This document shows positions 6,776 through 11,587 of a stretch of 11,587 bases of DNA, one piece after another; the stretch's first letter is position 1, and each line of letters opens with the position of its first letter. The position numbers and the translations under genes are program-made. Under the pieces are notes generated by a model. It saw nothing but the letters and a program-made list of their open reading frames with translations, was not told the DNA's origin and did not search any database. The DNA lies in NCBI GenBank assembly GCA_016715885.1, contig JADJXL010000022.1:1-11587 (forward strand). Direction: 5' to 3'. This DNA comes from Polyangiaceae bacterium (lineage in GTDB: Bacteria; Myxococcota_A; Polyangia; Polyangiales; Polyangiaceae).

Positions 6776-6992
6776 GCGCTGATCGGAGGTGGCTCAGTGA
6801 GGGTAGCGCGCCCGTAGGGCAGCGAAGGGAAAGCGACGGGAACCTTGTGCACTGTCCCATACGTGTGGGCTTCCTTGGTTCGTTCTGCTGGTGTATTGCT
6901 CACGCGGCTTGGCAAATGTGGACGGTTTGTCTGGAGCAGTAGACAGCCAAAGCCCTAACGGTTTCGACGAGTCACGTCACGCGCACGCTGTC

Positions 6993-6998
6993 AAGAGG
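6993..6998 (+). promoter_or_regulatory. Ribosome-binding site (AAGAGG) of the giant repeat-protein gene.
   Basis: AAGAGG lies 5 nt upstream of ATG 7004. Confidence 0.5.
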
Positions 6999-7003
6999 CG
7001 AAT

Positions 7004-10000
7004 ATGTCGTCGCAGAAAAATTTGATGCTGCCGATCATGGTGTTTGCGGTTCTCGCCGGTGCTGGCGGTTGCGAGCTGATCACTCGTGTGGATCGGTCCC
7101 AGATCGACGAGTTGTACCAAGGAGCCGGTGCGAGTGCTGGCGCGGGTGGTGCCGACGGCGGCAGTGGCGGCATGGGTGGCGGCGGCACTGGCGGCATGGG
7201 TGGCGGCGGCACTGGCGGCACTGGCGGCAGTGGCGGCATGGGTGGCGGCGGCACCGGCGGCGGTGGCGGCATGGGTGGCGGTGGTGGCGGCGGTGGTGGT
7301 GGCGGCAATGGTTGCGTGCCCACGGACGACATGAACGATTGCACGGACGACGTGTGCAACATGGATGGCACGACGGCGCATCTGCCCAAGTCGGTCGGCG
7401 AGCCGTGCTCGAGCGATGGAACCGTTTGCAATGGCGTTGGTCAATGCGTTCAGTGCCTCGTATCTGCTGATTGTCCCGGCACGGATGATGCGTGTGGACA
7501 GCGCACCTGTATCGACGGTGCTTGCGGGATGGATTTCACGGCATCCGATACGCCGCTTTCGACGCAAAACGCCGGCGATTGCAAGGTTGTCGTTTGTGAT
7601 GGCAATGGCGGCACCGCGAGCAAAGACGACAACGCCGACGTCCCCGACGACAGCAACGCCTGCACAACCGACGCGTGCGTCATGGGCACGCCATCCAATA
7701 CGAATCTCCCGCAAGGCAGCGACTGCACTCCATCGGGGGGCGCCGATCCTCTCGTATGCAATGGCATGGGTCAATGCGTGGGATGCAATGTTCCCGCCAA
7801 TTGTCCCGGAGTGGACGACGAATGCGGGACGCGAACATGCCTCGCCGGCGTGTGCGGCATGGACTTCACGGCGGCCGATACGCCGGTTTCGATGCAGAGC
7901 GCGGGCGATTGCAAGGTCATCGTGTGCGACGGTAGCGGCGGCACGACGAGCAAAGACGACAATACCGACGTTTCAGACGACAACAATGCCTGCACGGCCG
8001 ACGTATGCATTGCGGGTATCCCGTCGCATTCGAACCTTCCGCAAGGCACCCAATGCGCAGCGCCTGGCGGAGGCGATCCATTCGTGTGCAACGGGATGGG
8101 TCAATGCGTGGAATGCAATGCTCCCGCGGATTGTCCGGGAACGGACGACGAGTGCAAGACGCGGACATGTCTCGCCAGCACGTGCGGCGTCGATTTCACG
8201 GGTGCCAATACGCCGGTTTCCATCCAGATGCCAAACGATTGCCTCGTGCGCGTATGCGACGGCGCGGGCAATGATGTCGATATCCCCGACGATACGGACG
8301 TGCCGGTCGATGACGGAGAGACGTGCACGTACGAGGCGTGCGCGGGAGGCATGCCAATACATCCGAACGTCGCCGATGGAACATCGTGCAGTGACGGCGA
8401 AGAGTGCACGATGGCCGATACGTGCATGATGGGCGCGTGCCAGCCCGGCACGCTCATCGTGTGTCAACCTCCGGATCAATGCCACGAGCCTGGGATTTGC
8501 AATGCGATGTTGGGAGCGTGCACGTACGCGGCCAAGATCGATGGTTTTGCATGCGACGACGGCAATGGCTGTACCTTGATCGATCAATGCACGGCTGGCG
8601 TTTGTACCGGCACACCGGCTCCGGATGGCACAACGTGCATGTTGGGCGGCGTGATGGGGGCGTGTCAATCGGGCATGTGCAGCACGTGCGGCAATGGCGT
8701 CGTCGATCCACCGGAGGAATGTGATGACCTCAATGCCGTGAGTGGTGATGGTTGCAATGCATGCATCATCGAATTGACGTGCTCAGCCGGAGAATCGCGC
8801 GTCGTCGTCCTGAACAACAATCCATTGCCGATCCCCGACGTCGGTCCTTTCATGTACAGTCCGGCCGTCATCAATGCTACGGGCGGCGTGACCAAAGCAA
8901 TCGTCGTCGTACATTCGTTGACACACGAATATGCGGCCGACATCGACATGTTCTTGAGGTCCCCGCACGGATTGTATCGCGAGCTTTCGACGGACAATGG
9001 GTTCGTTGGCAACAACTACACGCGTACGACGATCGACGATGCCGCGGCCATATCCATTACGGACATCACGGCGCCGTTTACGGGCAAGTATCGGCCCGAG
9101 CAATCCATGGCGACGCTTGGAGCGGGTCTTGATTTCCTGCATCTGAATGCGTCTGGTTTTTGGTATCTGCAATTGCAAGACGACGCATCGGGCTTCGAAG
9201 GCATGCTGAATGCGTGGAGCCTCGCGCTGTGCGTGAACCCTGCGTCGTATTGCGGCGACGGCGTCGTCGATGCCGACGAAGAATGCGACGACGGCAATAC
9301 GAACGGTGGCGATTTGTGCAGCAACCTATGCCGCCTCAACGACGGCTGCGGCGACGGCAATTTCGACCTCGGCGAAGAGTGCGACGATGACAACTTGGTA
9401 TCGGGAGACGGTTGTTCCTCGGCATGCCAAGTGGAGGTTACCTGCGCGGCGGGTGAGACTCCGGTCATCGTGACGAACGACATGACCGCCGCCGTTCCGG
9501 ATGACAATGCATACCATGCCTTCCCGGTCAATGTGTCGACGCCCGGCGCCGTCGCGAAAGTCGTGGCGGTCATTGGCAGCATCGCGCACACGAACGTTCA
9601 GGAGCTCGACATTCAGCTTCAATCACCCACTGGCTTCATTCGCACATTGTCGAGCAACAATGGCGACACGGGCGACGATTACGCATCGACGTTTTTCGAT
9701 GACGACGCCGCGACATACGTCACTGCGGGAAGCGCGCCATTTCGTGGGTACTTCAAGCCCGAACAAACGTTGTCGACGACCGGTGACGCCAACTTCCGTG
9801 GGAAAAATGCCAAGGGCACGTGGAATCTCCGGATACGCGACGTGCAAACGACCAATTTCGCCGTCTTCAATTCTTGGACCATGGCGCTTTGTTTGAGCCA
9901 TGGCGAATATTGCGGTAATGGGGTGATCGAAGCGGGCGAGGAGTGCGATGATGCCAATACGAACGACGGCGACGCGTGCAGCAACCTGTGCTCGATGAAC

Positions 10001-11587
10001 GACGGTTGCGGCGACAATAACTTCGATGCGGGCGAAGAATGTGACGACGACAATATCGTGTCGGGTGACGGTTGCTCGGCAACGTGTCAGGTCGAAATCA
10101 CCTGCGATGCAGGGCAGATGCCGGTCAAGGTCACGAATGGAACGGCAGCGACCATCAATGGCTCGTCCACGTTGAACCAGTTTCCCGTGAACGTGGCCGC
10201 CGCGGGCGCCGTGAAAAAGGCCATCGCGGTCATTGGCAACGTGCCCGACGTGCGCAACGACCGCATCACGATCGACCTGCTGTCGCCCATTGGAACGAAG
10301 AGGCATTTGTCGAGCGCCAATGGTGGAACCTCCATCGGTGGTTATACATCGACGTTTTTCGACGATTCGGCCGCAGTGCCCATTACGAGCAGCACACATC
10401 CCATGAAGGGACGCTACCAGCCGGAGGAGTCGATATCGACGACGGTGGGCACGGATTTCAGCAACGAAAACCCGCTGGGCACGTGGAACCTGCAAATCAA
10501 GCTCACGGGGTCCGCGGCCGGAACGCTCCAAAGCTGGACGCTGGGCATGTGCCTGGATACCGTCACCTATTGCGGCAACGGAACGCTCGATCCGGGCGAG
10601 CAATGCGACGACGGCAATTACAACAACAACGATCTGTGCAGCAATGCCTGCAAGAATCTGGGATGCGGCGATGGCCTATACGACGTCGGCGAGCAGTGCG
10701 ACGATGGAAATACGGTGTCGGGTGACGGGTGTTCGTCTACCTGTACGCTGGAAATGGATTGCGCCCCTGGTCAGACGGAAGTCACGGCATTGTTCGAAAC
10801 GCCGACACCGATTCCCGTGGGTGGCAGCGTTTATCACGATTATCCCGTGAACGTGGCGCCGACGGGTGGAGTCAAGAAGGTCAAGGTCGCGCTTGGCTTC
10901 ATCGACAAATCCGCGACGAAGGACCTCGATCTCCGATTGCAATCTCCTTTCGGGACGATCCGCAACCTCTCCATGCGCAATTCCGGCACGAACAGCACGG
11001 TAGGGTACGATTACTTGTCGACGATCTTCGATGAAGCGGCGACGTTTTCCATTGCCTCGGCCCCATATCCGTTCAGCGGCACGTTCCGGCCCGAGCATTC
11101 ACTGTCCACGATTCAAGGGAAAGACTTTCTCGAAGAAGCAGCCAGTGGCACGTGGAATCTCCAGGCGCGGATCCAACTCGTGAGCTCCTCTTCGGGAACG
11201 GTGTATAGCTGGACCCTGGGGCTTTGCGTCGATACCGTCACGTATTGCGGCAATGGCACCGTGGATTCGGGCGAGGAATGCGACGACGGAAACATCACGA
11301 ACAACGATGGATGTTCGGACATCTGCGGCTTGGAAACCGGTTGCGGCAACGGAACCATCGACGCGGGAGAAGAGTGCGACGATGATGGCTTTCTATCGGG
11401 CGACGGTTGTTCACCGACGTGTCAGGTTGAAATCGACTGTGCGCCAGGACAAACCCGGGTGGTCGTTGCGGATTTGTCGCCGTCGCCGATCATCGACAAC
11501 ACCACCACGTATACGTCGGTCAACATGCCGACGGACGGCGCCGTCAAGAAGGTCGTCGTCACCCTGGGCAAGATCAGCCATGCGAGC
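7004..11587 (+). CDS. Very large secreted/cell-surface repeat protein, 3'-partial (at least 1528 aa in the window). Order of regions: signal peptide (possible lipobox AGGC); Gly-rich linker; three 110-aa cysteine-rich modules; a further Cys-rich region; then repeating units of [proprotein-convertase P-domain-like + two Myxococcus cysteine-rich (TIGR02232-type) repeats].
   Basis: Manual translation from ATG 7004 (frame 2) runs to the window end with no stop. The N-terminus is MSSQKNLMLPIMVFAVLAGAGGC. The CGDG/CGNG-x4-5-EECDDGN-x3-4-GDxCSxxC repeats sit at 8687-8773, 9248-9430, 9908-10090, 10568-10750 and 11243-11425. P-domain-like modules (motifs AHTNVQELDIQLQSPTGF, GTWNLRIRD, FNSWTMALCL) sit at about 8774-9240, 9431-9900, 10091-10560, 10751-11236 and 11417 onward. 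No subtilisin catalytic domain was seen in the first 1528 aa. Confidence 0.85.
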   Translation, partial: MSSQKNLMLPIMVFAVLAGAGGCELITRVDRSQIDELYQGAGASAGAGGADGGSGGMGGGGTGGMGGGGTGGTGGSGGMGGGGTGGGGGMGGGGGGGGGGGNGCVPTDDMNDCTDDVCNMDGTTAHLPKSVGEPCSSDGTVCNGVGQCVQCLVSADCPGTDDACGQRTCIDGACGMDFTASDTPLSTQNAGDCKVVVCDGNGGTASKDDNADVPDDSNACTTDACVMGTPSNTNLPQGSDCTPSGGADPLVCNGMGQCVGCNVPANCPGVDDECGTRTCLAGVCGMDFTAADTPVSMQSAGDCKVIVCDGSGGTTSKDDNTDVSDDNNACTADVCIAGIPSHSNLPQGTQCAAPGGGDPFVCNGMGQCVECNAPADCPGTDDECKTRTCLASTCGVDFTGANTPVSIQMPNDCLVRVCDGAGNDVDIPDDTDVPVDDGETCTYEACAGGMPIHPNVADGTSCSDGEECTMADTCMMGACQPGTLIVCQPPDQCHEPGICNAMLGACTYAAKIDGFACDDGNGCTLIDQCTAGVCTGTPAPDGTTCMLGGVMGACQSGMCSTCGNGVVDPPEECDDLNAVSGDGCNACIIELTCSAGESRVVVLNNNPLPIPDVGPFMYSPAVINATGGVTKAIVVVHSLTHEYAADIDMFLRSPHGLYRELSTDNGFVGNNYTRTTIDDAAAISITDITAPFTGKYRPEQSMATLGAGLDFLHLNASGFWYLQLQDDASGFEGMLNAWSLALCVNPASYCGDGVVDADEECDDGNTNGGDLCSNLCRLNDGCGDGNFDLGEECDDDNLVSGDGCSSACQVEVTCAAGETPVIVTNDMTAAVPDDNAYHAFPVNVSTPGAVAKVVAVIGSIAHTNVQELDIQLQSPTGFIRTLSSNNGDTGDDYASTFFDDDAATYVTAGSAPFRGYFKPEQTLSTTGDANFRGKNAKGTWNLRIRDVQTTNFAVFNSWTMALCLSHGEYCGNGVIEAGEECDDANTNDGDACSNLCSMNDGCGDNNFDAGEECDDDNIVSGDGCSATCQVEITCDAGQMPVKVTNGTAATINGSSTLNQFPVNVAAAGAVKKAIAVIGNVPDVRNDRITIDLLSPIGTKRHLSSANGGTSIGGYTSTFFDDSAAVPITSSTHPMKGRYQPEESISTTVGTDFSNENPLGTWNLQIKLTGSAAGTLQSWTLGMCLDTVTYCGNGTLDPGEQCDDGNYNNNDLCSNACKNLGCGDGLYDVGEQCDDGNTVSGDGCSSTCTLEMDCAPGQTEVTALFETPTPIPVGGSVYHDYPVNVAPTGGVKKVKVALGFIDKSATKDLDLRLQSPFGTIRNLSMRNSGTNSTVGYDYLSTIFDEAATFSIASAPYPFSGTFRPEHSLSTIQGKDFLEEAASGTWNLQARIQLVSSSSGTVYSWTLGLCVDTVTYCGNGTVDSGEECDDGNITNNDGCSDICGLETGCGNGTIDAGEECDDDGFLSGDGCSPTCQVEIDCAPGQTRVVVADLSPSPIIDNTTTYTSVNMPTDGAVKKVVVTLGKISHAS
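7150..7306 (+). repeat. Imperfect ~24-nt tandem repeat (ATGGGTGGCGGCGGCACTGGCGGC-like units) encoding a (GGMGGGGT)n glycine-rich linker.
   Basis: The ATG-GGT-GGC-GGC-GGC-AC(T/C)-GGC unit recurs at 7172, 7196, 7238 and 7271. The reverse strand reads as a poly-Pro ORF (6991..7431), which is an artefact. Confidence 0.7.
7427..8416 (+). repeat. Three tandem 330-bp repeats encoding 110-aa cysteine-rich modules (CNGMGQCVxC...DCPGTDDECxTRTC...CGxDFT...GDCKVxVCDGxGGTxSKDDN...DDxNACTxDxC...NLPQG).
   Basis: TGCAATGGC(G/A)T(T/G)GGTCAATGCGT recurs at 7427, 7757 and 8087 with an exact 330-nt period. The third copy is more diverged. Confidence 0.75.
9248..11587 (+). repeat. At least 3.5 tandem super-repeats of 660-675 bp, each encoding two myxo-type cysteine-rich repeats followed by a P-domain-like module.
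   Basis: TATTGCGG(C/T)(G/A)A recurs at 9248, 9908, 10568 and 11243, giving periods of 660, 660 and 675. The units share only about 50% identity at the protein level, so they are old duplications rather than an assembly artefact. Confidence 0.75.

Noticed and set aside
6020-6817. 265-aa plus-strand ORF antisense to the cassette genes.
   Set aside because: The product is Ser/Arg/Pro-rich with no motifs. The minus-strand genes have RBS support and better coding character. Its C-terminal similarity to the ORF over repeat copy 1 (5532..5855) is explained by nucleotide-level repeat identity. No codon-position bias was seen in the substitutions.
6977-7774. Minus-strand ORFs, including a poly-proline ORF (6991..7431, PPPPPPPPPPPPMPPPPPVPPPP) and 6977..7774.
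   Set aside because: These are the reverse complement of the GGC-rich Gly-linker coding repeat of the giant gene, and are an artefact.
7973-10603. Long minus-strand ORFs (7973..8668, 9016..9591, 9623..10603) and overlapping plus ORFs in other frames (7365..8429, 10072..10725).
   Set aside because: They all lie inside the giant plus-strand gene. That gene has a continuous open frame and a coherent domain repeat structure. The alternatives are low-complexity Arg- or Ser-rich translations.

Overview
This is an 11.6 kb high-GC window of roughly 68% G+C, most likely from a myxobacterial (Myxococcota) chromosome. Two signals support that origin: many copies of the Myxococcales-type CGDG..EECDDGN..GDGCS cysteine-rich repeat, and GC-rich third codon positions. 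Reading left to right, the window holds eight things.

- (1) Positions 431-2383 on the minus strand carry a decaying gene for a secreted or lipoprotein-type cysteine-rich repeat protein. It has Dickkopf-N-like CxSGxCxDGxCC modules. The N-terminal part is nearly intact apart from one frameshift at an A5 run. The distal two-thirds are broken by several frameshifts and at least two in-frame stops.
- (2) A divergent promoter region lies at 2384-2572.
- (3) A two-gene cytochrome bc-type operon follows on the plus strand. It encodes a Tat-exported Rieske 2Fe-2S protein (2573-3151) and a cytochrome b whose C-terminus is fused to a di-haem cytochrome c domain (3148-4905). The two genes overlap in a GTGA start/stop.
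- (4) A convergent GFA-family zinc-finger protein gene sits at 4947-5354 on the minus strand.
- (5) Two small overlapping minus-strand genes of unknown function lie at 6188-6622 and 5827-6201. One product is basic and the other is an acidic, Ala-rich helical protein. The pair is tightly bracketed by imperfect direct repeats of about 125 bp, roughly 80% identical (5692-5815 and 6651-6775). Both repeat copies contain G-quadruplex-prone G-tracts. This cassette is the most unusual element in the window.
- (6) A very large plus-strand gene runs from 7004 past the window end, covering at least 1528 codons. It has a signal peptide, a Gly-rich tract encoded by an imperfect ~24-nt tandem repeat, and three tandem 330-bp (110-aa) cysteine-rich modules. 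After those come at least four super-repeats of 660-675 bp. Each super-repeat is one proprotein-convertase P-domain-like module plus two Myxococcus cysteine-rich (disulfide) repeats.
- (7) No tRNA, rRNA, CRISPR array, transposase or integrase gene was recognised.
- (8) Many long ORFs on the opposite strand of real genes are artefacts of the high GC content.
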